DNA of 64,000 nucleotides from Helicobacteraceae bacterium (GCA_026988515.1 JALSLA010000069.1:3289-67288), one strand, 5' to 3'; counted from the first letter of the stretch, positions 9,535 through 19,438 are shown. The notes: generated by a model not told the origin, from the letters alone. Numbers and translations: made by a program.

Positions 9535-10829
9535 TTGACAACCTCCGCTAAATAATTTTTAAGATATTTATAGATATCTGAAATCTCAGGCCCGTGTTCG
9601 GCACCGGTTAAAAGCAGACGAAGTGATTTAAAGTAATCTTTTCCTTTCAGTCCGCTGTGCTGCATTGTATATTTTTGAAAATCGGCGTACTCTTCAAAAA
9701 ACGGAGCATTTTGAATGATGGGTTTTAGGATATTTGTACTCTCTTGATACTGTTGCGGAACTGTTTTTTCGGCAAAGATCGGCTCTATTTTGGCGCGTAA
9801 CTCATTAAGTGTTCCTGACTCTTCCAAATAAAGGTGCGCCAGTGCACCGATATCATCATCGGCAAATCCGACATAACGGGAAAGCTCTTTGGGATCGAGA
9901 GCTTTTAAGTGCTCCCGATTAATGAATTTCAGCTTGTCAATGTCAAATTTTGCCGGTGATTTTGAGATATTACTGAGTGAAAACCATTCCAATGCCTCGT
10001 TAAGTGTAAAAATTTCCTTGGGAACATTGTTACCGATAAGAATGAGATAGTTGGCAATAGCCTGCGGCAGATAGCCCTCTTTAAGTAGCCATTTGACACT
10101 TGACGCATCATCTCGCTTACTCATTTTTTTGCCGTCCCGATTTAAAATAATAGGCAAATGAGCATATTCAATGGTTTTGGTATAACCCAAGGCATCACGC
10201 ACTGCAATTTGTTTGGGCGTGTTACTCATGTGGTCTTCGCCGCGAATGACTAAAGAGATGTCGCTAATCATATCATCAACTGCGCAGGCAAAATTGTAGG
10301 TAGGGTATTTTTCTTGACGCATAATAATAAAACTGTCTACATCAAAAGCACTAAAAGTGATGCGGCCTTTGATGGCATCGACGACGGTAATGTCATCTTG
10401 GGGGCGACGCAGTCGAATGGTAAACGGATTTGTATTGTCAAGGGTCTCTTCTGCAGGCAGATGGCTGCATGTATCATCGTAACGAAATGGCTTTTTTGCT
10501 TTTTTGGCATGCTCACGCTTGGCATCGAGTTCGGCAGGTGTACAAAAACAGTTAAAAGCTTTTTTGTCATGCAAAAGCTGAATAGCCATAGCTCGGTGAT
10601 ATTTAAGTTGAGCGCTTTGATAAATGACCTCTTTGTATTCAATATTAAACAGTGCTAAGAGTTCTAAAATTTCGTGATCTTTTCCCTCAATATTACGCTC
10701 AATATCGGTATCTTCAATACGTATAACAAGCGGTTCATTTCGCTGTTTGGAGCAGATATAGTTACATAAGGCAACACGAAGATTTCCAATATGCATATCG
10801 CCGGTAGGGCTGGGTGCAAAACGTAGCAT
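9531..10829 (-). CDS. gltX: glutamate--tRNA ligase
   Basis: [16 protein letters not shown] (HIGH-type) and KMSKR motifs. At 432 aa it is the short form, possibly the GluRS2-type paralog known in epsilonproteobacteria (inference). Confidence 0.9.
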   Translation of the reverse strand: MLRFAPSPTGDMHIGNLRVALCNYICSKQRNEPLVIRIEDTDIERNIEGKDHEILELLALFNIEYKEVIYQSAQLKYHRAMAIQLLHDKKAFNCFCTPAELDAKREHAKKAKKPFRYDDTCSHLPAEETLDNTNPFTIRLRRPQDDITVVDAIKGRITFSAFDVDSFIIMRQEKYPTYNFACAVDDMISDISLVIRGEDHMSNTPKQIAVRDALGYTKTIEYAHLPIILNRDGKKMSKRDDASSVKWLLKEGYLPQAIANYLILIGNNVPKEIFTLNEALEWFSLSNISKSPAKFDIDKLKFINREHLKALDPKELSRYVGFADDDIGALAHLYLEESGTLNELRAKIEPIFAEKTVPQQYQESTNILKPIIQNAPFFEEYADFQKYTMQHSGLKGKDYFKSLRLLLTGAEHGPEISDIYKYLKNYLAEVVK

Positions 10830-10904
10830 GAATATTCCTAAACTTTTTCATAATCATACCAAAGATTCAGGGTGAGTCTATTAAATATTTATTGGGTTAG
10901 AGTT

Positions 10905-10913
10905 TGTTATACT
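10905..10913 (+). promoter_or_regulatory. putative extended -10 promoter element TGtTATACT
   Basis: Located about 29 nt upstream of the galE ATG. Confidence 0.3.
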
Positions 10914-10941
10914 TTGAAAATTATAGTAAGGAAAAGAATAT

Positions 10942-11961
10942 ATGCATATTTTAGTAACCGGAGGAGCGGGGTATATTGGTTCGCATGTTGTCAAACAGCT
11001 TATTGAAACGACAACGCACCGTATTTCTATTTTAGACAATCTTTCAACCGGACACCGAAGTACTGTCGATACGCTTAATCAAATAGCACGTGATAAAGGA
11101 AGCCGTAAGGGTATCACCTTTTATCATGAAGATTTGAAGCATTTCGATACGATTAAAAAAATTTTTGAAACAGGCTCTTTTGATGCCGTTATGCATTTTG
11201 CTGCCAGCATTGTTGTTCCGGAGTCTGTTGAAAATCCGCTAAAATATTATATGAATAATACGGTCAATACAACGCATCTCATTCAGTTATGCACTGCTTA
11301 TAATGTCAAACATTTTATTTTTTCCTCGACCGCAGCAGTGTATGGAGAACCCAATGAGCCTCAGGTGACCGAAACCACACGTACGTTACCCATTAATCCC
11401 TACGGCAGAAGTAAGCTTATGAGCGAACAGGTTTTACAGGATGCAACCCAAGCTCATAAAGATTTTTCACATGTTATATTGCGCTATTTTAATGTAGCCG
11501 GAGCAGATATTCATAACCGTATCGGTCAAAGTTTTCCCAATGCCACACACCTTATCAAAGTCGCAGCTCAAACAGTCATAGGTTCTCGTGAGAACATGAT
11601 GATATTTGGTGATGACTATGCAACGCCCGACGGTACATGTATTCGTGACTATATTCATGTCGATGACCTGGCATCGGCACATTTGAGAGCACTGGAGTAT
11701 TTAGAGGAGGGGAGGGATTCTTCTGTTTTTAATGTCGGTTACGGACACGGTTACAGTGTCAAAGAAGTTGTGCTCACCATGAAAGAGGTCAGCAATACGG
11801 ACTTTAGTGTATTGATGGCACCGCGGCGTGCCGGTGATCCGGCAGTACTTATTTCCAATAACAGCAAAATCAAATCGGTACTGCGCTGGAGCGCACAATA
11901 TGATGATTTGGCACTTATTTGTCAAACGGCATTGGCATGGGAACGAACAGTACAGAACTAA
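10942..11961 (+). CDS. galE: UDP-glucose 4-epimerase
   Basis: TGGAGYIGSH Rossmann motif, YGRSK (YxxxK) catalytic motif, 339 aa. Confidence 0.9.
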   Translation: MHILVTGGAGYIGSHVVKQLIETTTHRISILDNLSTGHRSTVDTLNQIARDKGSRKGITFYHEDLKHFDTIKKIFETGSFDAVMHFAASIVVPESVENPLKYYMNNTVNTTHLIQLCTAYNVKHFIFSSTAAVYGEPNEPQVTETTRTLPINPYGRSKLMSEQVLQDATQAHKDFSHVILRYFNVAGADIHNRIGQSFPNATHLIKVAAQTVIGSRENMMIFGDDYATPDGTCIRDYIHVDDLASAHLRALEYLEEGRDSSVFNVGYGHGYSVKEVVLTMKEVSNTDFSVLMAPRRAGDPAVLISNNSKIKSVLRWSAQYDDLALICQTALAWERTVQN

Positions 11962-11977
11962 CTATTATGGTGCAGTG

Positions 11978-12052
11978 TGGTGACCCCACGGAGACTCGAA
12001 CTCCGGTAACATGGATGAAAACCATGGATCCTAACCGCTAGACGATGGGGCC
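11978..12052 (-). tRNA. tRNA-Glu (anticodon UUC)
   Basis: The reverse complement reads GGCCCCATCGTCTAGCGGTTAGGATCCATGGTTTTCATCCATGTTACCGGAGTTCGAGTCTCCGTGGGGTCACCA. It has a 7-bp acceptor stem, anticodon stem CATGG/CCATG with loop TTTTCAT (anticodon TTC), a GTTCGAGTC T-loop and an encoded CCA. Confidence 0.9.
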
Positions 12053-12160
12053 AAAATAAAAGGATATAAATGTTGAGACAGAATTATAATCATCACTATC
12101 TTAAAGAGATATAAAAACAATTTTTTTTAAAAAATTTAATCCATAAAAAAAGAGATAATT

Positions 12161-12964
12161 ATGAATACGGAAGCATTAGAAATAGAGATTAAAACGCTAA
12201 AAGAGAAAAATAAACTCCTTGAAGAACTTCTCGCTAAAGAACAAGAACGCTCTCTTGAAAAAGATCATCTGATCAATCAGAAATCTCGTTCCGCCTCTAT
12301 GGGAGAGATGATCGAAAACATTGCGCACCAATGGAGACAGCCGCTTAATATTCTTGCCTTGGTAATTCAAGACATCTATATCTCCGGACAGTTAGGCACG
12401 TTAGATGCCGACAAGCTTGAAGAGAACTACTCAAAAGCCAACAACGTACTGCAATACATGTCACAAACCATTGATGATTTTAGAAATTTTCTTAAAGAAT
12501 CTGACGGAATCGAAGTGTTTGCATTGCATGATATTTTTCAATCGGTTGAGCATATTATGGTGCCGTCTTTAAAAATTAACAATATCAGTATTACTCTTCC
12601 TCAGGTTGAAGAAGTGCATATTGAGGGTAACCGTAATGAATTTTTACAAGTTATACTCAATATTATTAAAAATGCCCAAGATGCCATTTTGTTAAACAAG
12701 ATTAAAAAAGGAGAAATTGTCATTGGTGTGACACAATCAGACTCGAAAATTGTTATCTCCATTGAAGATAACGCCGGCGGTATTCCACAAGAGTATATTG
12801 ATAAAGTTTTTGACCCTTATTTCACAACCAAGCATAAATCGCAAGGCACCGGCATTGGTTTGTATATGTCTAAGCAAATTATTGAGAAAAACAAAGATTC
12901 AAAACTTTATGTTACTAATACGAAAGAGGGCGCGAACTTCTGTATTGAAGTCCCCGCTAAATAG
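12161..12964 (+). CDS. cytoplasmic sensor histidine kinase (HQWRQPL-type H-box, HATPase_c)
   Basis: N-terminal coiled coil, H-box MIENIAHQWRQPLN, N-box ILNIIKNAQDA, G-boxes EDNAGGIP and GTGIGLYMS. No TM segment. Confidence 0.8.
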   Translation: MNTEALEIEIKTLKEKNKLLEELLAKEQERSLEKDHLINQKSRSASMGEMIENIAHQWRQPLNILALVIQDIYISGQLGTLDADKLEENYSKANNVLQYMSQTIDDFRNFLKESDGIEVFALHDIFQSVEHIMVPSLKINNISITLPQVEEVHIEGNRNEFLQVILNIIKNAQDAILLNKIKKGEIVIGVTQSDSKIVISIEDNAGGIPQEYIDKVFDPYFTTKHKSQGTGIGLYMSKQIIEKNKDSKLYVTNTKEGANFCIEVPAK

Positions 12965-12980
12965 TCAGCATTTCACGTTT

Positions 12981-13532
12981 CTATTTTTCGTTATAAAATG
13001 AACGAAGTGCGCGAATGATTACCGCATTTTTTGAGATACTTTCAGCCTTGGCATTGTCGTCTACTAGTTCGTAAAGATCTAACGGCAGTGAGATCGAGAA
13101 TGTTTTTGTCTCTATTTTCTTCTTTTTTGTGACGAGAGCTGTAACATTTCCCAATAGTTCAATGATCTTTTTGGTATCAATAGGTTTTTGTATAAAACTA
13201 TTGACGCCGATTTCAATAGATTCAGCAATTTTTTCAATATCATTACTGGCAGAGATTACAATAATGATTTGATTGGGATTAAGAAGTCTGAGTTTACGAG
13301 AGAGCTCTAAGCCGTCCATCCCGTCCATAACAATATCGACAAAAATAATGTCCGGTTGCAGCGTTTCATAAAGCTTCAGAGCTTCTTCACCGTTAAATGC
13401 CGATGTGACATCCGCAAAAAAGTTTTTAAATGTCGAGCTTAAAAGGGCATTGGCTTCGCCTTCATCCTCAACAACCATAGCCGTAAGTTTTTTTGTTTTT
13501 TCCGTAAGTTTTACTAAGTCTACTGTTCCCAT
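12981..13532 (-). CDS. response regulator: receiver domain fused to a C-terminal ribbon-helix-helix (CopG/Arc-like) domain
   Basis: REC motifs VVEDE...IIFVDIVMDGMDG...ISAS...QKP. The C-terminal 40 aa, KTFSISLPLDLYELVDDNAKAESISKNAVIIRALRSFY, follow the beta-helix-helix RHH pattern. Confidence 0.75.
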   Translation of the reverse strand: MGTVDLVKLTEKTKKLTAMVVEDEGEANALLSSTFKNFFADVTSAFNGEEALKLYETLQPDIIFVDIVMDGMDGLELSRKLRLLNPNQIIIVISASNDIEKIAESIEIGVNSFIQKPIDTKKIIELLGNVTALVTKKKKIETKTFSISLPLDLYELVDDNAKAESISKNAVIIRALRSFYNEK

Positions 13533-13578
13533 ATGTTAATCCTTATCTTTTGGTAGCAACTAAACAGTATTATAATAG

Positions 13579-13595
13579 ATCTATTTTAAATAGAT
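13579..13595. promoter_or_regulatory. inverted repeat ATCTATTT-t-AAATAGAT upstream of the REC-RHH gene (possible operator)
   Basis: Perfect 8-bp arms with a 1-nt spacer, about 50 nt upstream of the start at 13532 and next to an ATTATAAT -10-like box at 13569-13576. RHH proteins commonly autoregulate through such repeats (inference). Confidence 0.25.
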
Positions 13596-13862
13596 TATTA
13601 AATAACAAATTTAATTTCTGTAATAACAAGATTATCACAAGAATATTGCTTTTGCCACTATTCAGCTTCTATTTCAGTTGGAATTTTAGTCAATCTATAC
13701 TTATAAATAGTTTATATTATATTTTATTTATGCAACTACTTTTGCACAAACCATGATGTTTCATGACAAAACAATAGAAACTATTGGTGGTTTTCTTCTG
13801 GCATTGACAAGAAATAGGGGGTTTTGACACTTTTGTGACGTTCTTACAACAGTATGGTCTCT

Positions 13863-14069
13863 TTAATATTTTTTAAACTGTTCCAAATAGTCTATGTTTG
13901 ACGCGAGAGTGTTCTCTTTTTGATTGAGCAGATCGCTGATAATGGCCTTTAGCGATGCCTCATCCATACAATCGAGAACGTTGGCGTTAATGGCAGAGTC
14001 TTTCAAACCCTCGTAGCTGTTAAGAAGTTTTTCGATGTCTTTAATGAGTTGATATTTAGTTGTTTCCAT
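13863..14069 (-). CDS. small helical hypothetical protein
   Basis: 68-aa ORF isolated in an AT-rich region. No recognisable motif. Confidence 0.35.
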   Translation of the reverse strand: METTKYQLIKDIEKLLNSYEGLKDSAINANVLDCMDEASLKAIISDLLNQKENTLASNIDYLEQFKKY

Positions 14070-14164
14070 AACCGGTATTATTCCATGTCAATGCTTAAGG
14101 TAGATTCTATTTAGTTAACATAATATATATTCTCTTAAAAATACTATTCTTCCCGATGCGTATA

Positions 14165-14176
14165 TTTACATGTAAA
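14165..14176. repeat. perfect copy of iterated palindrome TTTACATGTAAA
   Basis: Read directly. Intergenic, upstream of the TetR operator cluster. Confidence 0.9.
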
Positions 14177-14212
14177 AATTGGTGAACAAACGTTCTTGTA
14201 ATACCTGCTTAA

Positions 14213-14230
14213 AGTGAACAATTGTTCACT
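14213..14230. promoter_or_regulatory. perfect 18-bp palindrome AGTGAACAATTGTTCACT, candidate TetR operator
   Basis: Read directly, about 75 nt upstream of the TetR gene. A related half-site GTGAACAAACGTTC lies at 14182-14195. Confidence 0.5.
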
Positions 14231-14245
14231 TTCCTGTAAGGATAA

Positions 14246-14294
14246 ATTAACAACTGTTCATATATACTGCCGTAGATATTAACAACTGTTCATA
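14246..14294 (+). promoter_or_regulatory. two direct copies of ATTAACAACTGTTCATA (14246-14262, 14278-14294), related to the TGAACA half-site
   Basis: Identical 17-mers 32 nt apart. The second ends 11 nt before the TetR ATG and overlaps its RBS region (TTCATAAGGAG). Confidence 0.45.
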
Positions 14295-14305
14295 AGGAGT
14301 GCGTA

Positions 14306-14908
14306 ATGCCTGTAAATAGGACTTCCAAGACCAAGACAGCCATTGTTAAATCTGCGATGGAACTGTTTGCTCTTCATGGATACAAAGGAACCTCTGTACG
14401 TAAAATAGCCTCTAAAGTAGGAATTCGTGAAAGCGCTTTATACAATCATTTTAAAAATAAAGAAGCTATTTTTCTAACGGTATGCTCCGATATTTTCACA
14501 ACGCCCTTTGCTCAAAAAAACATTCAAGACGATGCTAAAAAAGGTAAAAAATTTCTTGCGGGTTTTGTGGTCCAGTACAAGCTGGTGAGTTTTGATACCA
14601 AAAAGGAGAAGTTGTTTCGCATTATGATGATAGAGCTTTTACAAGATCCGGTGTTACGAAAAAATTTTTTAGATGAGTCTCATCACCGTAACATTGCCCT
14701 TCTTTCAGAAGCATTTTTTGTAATGATGCAGTCCGGCTTAATTCGTTCGTCAGATCCAATGTTTATGGCGAATGAGTTTTTAGCCCCCCTCTTCTATTAT
14801 CGTCTGCAAGTTACTCTGTTTCGTATTGACTCAGAACCGACGACGGCGCTTTCAACACTTTTTGAAAAGCATGTAGATTTTTTTTGGGAAAGTATTGCAA
14901 TACACTAA
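14306..14908 (+). CDS. TetR/AcrR family transcriptional regulator
   Basis: N-terminal HTH AMELFALHGYKGTSVRKIASKVGIRESALYNHFKNKEAIF. Confidence 0.85.
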   Translation: MPVNRTSKTKTAIVKSAMELFALHGYKGTSVRKIASKVGIRESALYNHFKNKEAIFLTVCSDIFTTPFAQKNIQDDAKKGKKFLAGFVVQYKLVSFDTKKEKLFRIMMIELLQDPVLRKNFLDESHHRNIALLSEAFFVMMQSGLIRSSDPMFMANEFLAPLFYYRLQVTLFRIDSEPTTALSTLFEKHVDFFWESIAIH

Positions 14909-14919
14909 AAGGAGATCGA

Positions 14920-15492
14920 ATGTTTCGTATCAGTAACTTTACAACACAACCCCTACTCCGGCCACGCTATATTCAACCGATGCGATTGCGCTATATACAA
15001 AACGGTGTTGACAGAACATGGGAAGCCGTAAAAAGCCATGACAGTGTGGCGGTACTGCTTTACCATACAGATCACAATGCATTTGTGTTGGTGAAACAAT
15101 TTCGCGCTCCTGTGTTTATGAACTATAAGGAGCATACCTGTACGTATGAACTTTGTGCCGGTATTATTGATAAGCCCTGCTCTGTCGAGCAGATTGTCAA
15201 AGAAGAGATTAATGAAGAGTGTGGGTATGATGTTCCTTTAGAAACAATAAAGCGCATTACCTCATTTTTTACCAACGTCGGTGTTTCCGGAAGTAAGCAG
15301 TATCTTTTTTATGCTGAAATTGACGACACCATGCAGGTGCATTGCGGTGGCGGTATTGAAAGTGAAGAGATAATTGTCGAATATCTGCCGCTTCAGGATG
15401 CCAAAGCGTTTATGTATGATGAGACAAAAGCAAAAACACCGGGTCTGTTGTTTGCTTTTGAGTGGTTTTTTGGAGAAAAAAGCTCTGTATAG
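14920..15492 (+). CDS. NUDIX hydrolase (ADP-sugar pyrophosphatase-like)
   Basis: Nudix box GIIDKPCSVEQIVKEEINEECGY (Gx5Ex7REUxEExGU-like). I prefer the ATG at 14920, preceded by AAGGAG, over the track start at 14884, which overlaps tetR. Confidence 0.8.
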   Translation: MFRISNFTTQPLLRPRYIQPMRLRYIQNGVDRTWEAVKSHDSVAVLLYHTDHNAFVLVKQFRAPVFMNYKEHTCTYELCAGIIDKPCSVEQIVKEEINEECGYDVPLETIKRITSFFTNVGVSGSKQYLFYAEIDDTMQVHCGGGIESEEIIVEYLPLQDAKAFMYDETKAKTPGLLFAFEWFFGEKSSV

Positions 15493-15567
15493 CTATGTTA
15501 TCATGTTTCTAACACATTTATGTACTATAATTTTTAATCTATAATTACAAATGAGGAAATTTTCTAA

Positions 15568-16464
15568 ATGACTCTTTTATTGGCACTAAGTTCTGCACTA
15601 TTGTTTGGTATTGCCATAGGACTCTATATACATGTAAAACGAATCAAACAAGAAAACCATACACTGACAACAAAAATAGCACAACTCGAAGAAAGAGATC
15701 AGGATTGTAATATTCAAGATGAAGAACTTTTCTATCAGTCACGATTGGCACAGATGGGAGAGATGATCAGTATGATTGCACATCAATGGCGTCAACCGCT
15801 GAGCGCCATATCGTTAACGGCTATAGGGTTGGAAACAAAAATACGCTTAAAAAAGTTTGATTTTTCAACTCCTGAACATATTCAAGAAGCGGAACAGTAC
15901 ATTTTAGGACGTACTGAGTTAATAGCGCAATATGTCAGCTCTATGACAACTACGATTGATGACTTTCGGATGTTTTATAAAAAAGATCGCCAAAAAGAGT
16001 TGGTTGCCATTGAAGATATTTTGGATCGAGCACTTAAAATTATCGGGGTTACTTTAGAGGCCCAAAACATCGAAATTCAGATGATATGCAACGCTCACCG
16101 TAACGTGTGGCTGTTTCCCAATGAATTGGTTCAGGTATTTTTAAATCTGTTACAAAATGCTCAAGATCAGTTTGTGACCAAGGGTATTTCACCGGCAAAA
16201 ATCACCATTCGTGCTCACGATACTGACGATGGTATTGAGGTAGCGTTTTGTGATAATGCCGGTGGAATTGACGCTGCAATTATTACAAAAATATTTCGTC
16301 CCTATTTCTCAACGAAAGAGAAACAAAACGGCACGGGATTAGGACTGTATATGAGTCAGATCATTATAGACGAGCACCATAAGGGGCGATTGCGTGCCTG
16401 TAATACCGATAATGGAGACGGTAGCTGCTTTAGTGTTTTTTTACCCACAGGATCTAAAGAGTAG
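15568..16464 (+). CDS. membrane-anchored sensor histidine kinase (HQWRQPL-type)
   Basis: One N-terminal TM, coiled coil, H-box MISMIAHQWRQPLS, N-box LLQNAQDQ, G-boxes CDNAGGID and GTGLGLYMS. Paralog of the 12161 kinase. Confidence 0.8.
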   Translation: MTLLLALSSALLFGIAIGLYIHVKRIKQENHTLTTKIAQLEERDQDCNIQDEELFYQSRLAQMGEMISMIAHQWRQPLSAISLTAIGLETKIRLKKFDFSTPEHIQEAEQYILGRTELIAQYVSSMTTTIDDFRMFYKKDRQKELVAIEDILDRALKIIGVTLEAQNIEIQMICNAHRNVWLFPNELVQVFLNLLQNAQDQFVTKGISPAKITIRAHDTDDGIEVAFCDNAGGIDAAIITKIFRPYFSTKEKQNGTGLGLYMSQIIIDEHHKGRLRACNTDNGDGSCFSVFLPTGSKE

Positions 16465-18528
16465 TTGATGGTTAATATTGACGAACTGTTACTCTATACA
16501 TCAGAATTAACCCTCTTGTATGTTGAAGATGATCCGATGATTCAAGAGCGTAATTGTGAAATCTTTTCGGATTTTTTCCACCAAGTGGATCTTGCTACCA
16601 ATGGCAAAGAAGGGTATGAGCGGTATGAGCACTATTACGAACATACCCATACGTTTTACGACCTGGTTATTACCGATATCCAGATGCCGACAATGGATGG
16701 TATTGCCATGAGTCAGTTAATTCAAAAACGGCATGCCCACCAGATGCTTATTGCGCTCTCTGCACATCAAGATGCCCACTATCTTTTTGAACTTATCAAT
16801 ATGGGAATTACCTACTTTTTACCTAAACCTGCATCTACGGAAGCACTTTACGACATACTCTTTAAAACGTCAAAAATTGTCTATGACCGCAAAGCTGCCG
16901 ATGCGTATTCCAAAAAGTTGATTCTACTCAACAGGAAACTTGAAGACAACGTCATTGAGCTGGAAAATGCCATGCATAAAGCCGAAGAAGCTGCAGCATT
17001 TAAGGATCGTTTTTTTGCCAATATGAGTCATGAAATACGCACGCCCATGAATGCCATACTCGGACTCAGTCATATCCTTCTGGCATCCCCGTTAAAAGAA
17101 AAAGAGCGACAAAATGTTTTAAAAATAGAAAATGCCGCCAATGTATTGCTTCAAATTATTAATAATATTTTAGATTTTTCAAAAATTGAGTCGGGAAAAC
17201 TTACGCTTGAATCAACAGAATTTACGCTGAGCTCGGTGATTGGTTATATTGCAACCATCGTTGATATTAAAGCTGCCCATAAAAATATCTCCATTGTCTA
17301 CAATATCGATCAGCAGATACCAAAATATCTCATTGGTGACCCTACCCGTTTAGGGCAGATACTTCTGAATCTTGTTGACAATGCCGTGAAGTTCACACAT
17401 GAAGGCAGTGTTATTTTACATGTAAATCAACTTGAAAAAGAGCGTGAACGCTGTGTACTGAAATTTGATGTCATTGATCACGGTATTGGCATAGAAGAAG
17501 AAAAAATTGAGACACTTTTTGACTCTTTTGTTCAGGCAGACAGTAGTACTACACGAGAATACGGCGGTTCCGGACTCGGTCTAAGCATCACAAAGTATTT
17601 AGTAGAAATGATGGGCGGAACGATTTCCATATGCAGTCATAAATCTCAAGGGAGTACCTTTAGTGTGGTGCTCCCTTTATCATATACCGACAAAAGCCAC
17701 CGGTCATCACATCACCCTGCCCGCAGCAATGCGGATATCTCCGGCATTGTACTGCAGGACAAAACAGTCTTGCTGGTAGAAGATAATGAGGTCAATCGCC
17801 ATGTCATTTTAGGATTACTGGAGCGAAGCGGGGCAAAAATTCTTATTGCGACCGACGGTGCCGAAGCGTTAGAGATAGCAGAAACAGAAAAAACGGATTT
17901 AATATTAATGGATATTAATATACCGATTATGGATGGCTATGAAGTGACTCGAGCCATTCGAAAGAACCTCAATACGGTGCCAATCATAGGTTTAAGTGCC
18001 AACACCATGCGTAAAGATATGACCAAAGCACTTGATGCGGGAATGAATGCATACCTGTACAAGCCTATGGATATACAACGGTTCTATCGACTCCTTTCAG
18101 AGTATATTGACGGTGCCGTGTTACATTTTAAGCAGGAGAAGGCAACATCTGTGTCTGTTATTGCCAACCACCCGTTCTGCACAATTTCCGGATTGGATGT
18201 TGCCGATGCTCTGGAGCGTATGGAGTATAATGTAGTACTTTATGAGCGTGTTGTACACTCCTTTTTTACAATGTTTGCCAATGCTGCCGAAACGCTACAG
18301 GAGTATATTGTTCATGAAAAATATGATGAAGCGTATCGACTTTGTCATGATATTCAGGGAAGTAGTGGTAATATTGGTGCAAAAGAACTCTATGCGGTTA
18401 CTAAAAATATGGAACAGATGCTTACATTGCATCAGCGAGATACGGCACTGCAACAGGTGCAGCGTTTTTCTCAAGCATTTGAGGAGCTTGCCCGCTTGGT
18501 TTCAGATACACTGAAGAAAGATGACTAA
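16465..18528 (+). CDS. hybrid histidine kinase: REC - HisKA - HATPase_c - REC - HPt
   Basis: N-terminal receiver (YVEDD...VITDIQMPTMDG...LPKP), H-box FFANMSHEIRTPMN, HATPase (NLVDNAVKFT, DHGIGI, GGSGLGLSI), second receiver (LVEDNEVN...ILMDINIPIMDG...YLYKP), HPt (CHDIQGSSGNIGA). The start could be the ATG at 16468. Confidence 0.9.
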   Translation: MMVNIDELLLYTSELTLLYVEDDPMIQERNCEIFSDFFHQVDLATNGKEGYERYEHYYEHTHTFYDLVITDIQMPTMDGIAMSQLIQKRHAHQMLIALSAHQDAHYLFELINMGITYFLPKPASTEALYDILFKTSKIVYDRKAADAYSKKLILLNRKLEDNVIELENAMHKAEEAAAFKDRFFANMSHEIRTPMNAILGLSHILLASPLKEKERQNVLKIENAANVLLQIINNILDFSKIESGKLTLESTEFTLSSVIGYIATIVDIKAAHKNISIVYNIDQQIPKYLIGDPTRLGQILLNLVDNAVKFTHEGSVILHVNQLEKERERCVLKFDVIDHGIGIEEEKIETLFDSFVQADSSTTREYGGSGLGLSITKYLVEMMGGTISICSHKSQGSTFSVVLPLSYTDKSHRSSHHPARSNADISGIVLQDKTVLLVEDNEVNRHVILGLLERSGAKILIATDGAEALEIAETEKTDLILMDINIPIMDGYEVTRAIRKNLNTVPIIGLSANTMRKDMTKALDAGMNAYLYKPMDIQRFYRLLSEYIDGAVLHFKQEKATSVSVIANHPFCTISGLDVADALERMEYNVVLYERVVHSFFTMFANAAETLQEYIVHEKYDEAYRLCHDIQGSSGNIGAKELYAVTKNMEQMLTLHQRDTALQQVQRFSQAFEELARLVSDTLKKDD

Positions 18529-18901
18529 AAGGTATTTAATGAAAAAAACAATAATTATTGCAGAAGACAACGAGCTTAATATTACTATTTTAGACGGTAT
18601 TTTAAAGGAGACGTACGACTTGATTATTGCGCGGAGTGCTGAAGAGGTCTATCAAATACTGCAAACGGAGACACCGGATCTTTTTTTACTCGATATTGTG
18701 ATGAGTAAAATTAGCGGTATCGATCTGTGCAAAACATTGCGAAGTGACACCAGGTTTGAAAATACTCCTGTTGTATTCATGACGGCAGTGCAAGATAAAA
18801 AAATCTATGACTCCGCTTTTCAAGTGGGTGCAAGTGCCTTTATTGCCAAACCTTTTAAGTCTTCCGATTTAAAAGATACCCTGTCAAAACTGTTAGCATA
18901 A
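18521..18901 (+). CDS. single-domain (CheY-like) response regulator
   Basis: IIIAEDNELN...LFLLDIVMSKISG...MTAV...AKP receiver motifs. The alternative start MKKTIII at 18539 is more likely. Confidence 0.8.
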   Translation: MTKRYLMKKTIIIAEDNELNITILDGILKETYDLIIARSAEEVYQILQTETPDLFLLDIVMSKISGIDLCKTLRSDTRFENTPVVFMTAVQDKKIYDSAFQVGASAFIAKPFKSSDLKDTLSKLLA

Positions 18902-18924
18902 CAACAAAACCATTGGTGACGGCG

Positions 18925-19437
18925 CTACCAAATGGTGCGCTTGGTAATACGCGTGAAGAGCTCCTCAACATTTTTATCTTCTTTGGCAGAGGTGTAAACA
19001 ATGCCGACACAGTTGCTGTATTTTTGTTGAAAAGCAGCTTCGTCAAGTGTCACGGTACTGCCCAGATCACTTTTGTTGATGGCAATAATAAAAGGAATGG
19101 CAACATCAAAATTATGAATGTACTCAAGATGCTGTTGTAAATTTTCTGCCGTCTGTGGGCGGGTGGCATCAATGACTACAATAAAAGCATTGCATCCTTT
19201 GGCATAATGCAACGGTACGTTTTGGTTTTTATTGGCACCCTCCACATCCCATAACATTAGGGCTACGGCAGCAACATTGCCCTGATCGTTCAATATAAGA
19301 TTTTTTTTCATAATATTAACGCCGATCGTGCTTAAATAGGCATCGCTGAACTTATTCTCAACATAGCGTGTTGCCAAACTTGTTTTTCCAACGCCGTGAT
19401 TGCCGATGAGAAGAATTTTTTTTATATATTTTTTCAT
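18925..19437 (-). CDS. Ras/Rab-like small GTPase (170 aa)
   Basis: G1 GNHGVGKTS, switch I YLSTIGV, G3 WDVEG, G4 NKSD, G5 TSAK. I prefer the start MKKYIKK at 19437, which lies 1 nt after the upstream stop. Confidence 0.8.
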   Translation of the reverse strand: MKKYIKKILLIGNHGVGKTSLATRYVENKFSDAYLSTIGVNIMKKNLILNDQGNVAAVALMLWDVEGANKNQNVPLHYAKGCNAFIVVIDATRPQTAENLQQHLEYIHNFDVAIPFIIAINKSDLGSTVTLDEAAFQQKYSNCVGIVYTSAKEDKNVEELFTRITKRTIW

Positions 19438-19438
19438 G

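Noticed and set aside
11978-12160. tRNA-Glu as the attachment site of a genomic island carrying the signalling block (12.1-22.6 kb)
   Set aside because: The tRNA 3' end faces galE, not the signalling genes. I saw no integrase and no direct repeat of the tRNA 3' end anywhere in the window.
13550-13756. 68-aa ORF in the AT-rich region upstream of the REC-RHH gene
   Set aside because: It is a low-complexity Leu/Ile/Asn/Phe-rich translation of AT-rich DNA with no Shine-Dalgarno. The region is more plausibly promoter/operator DNA.
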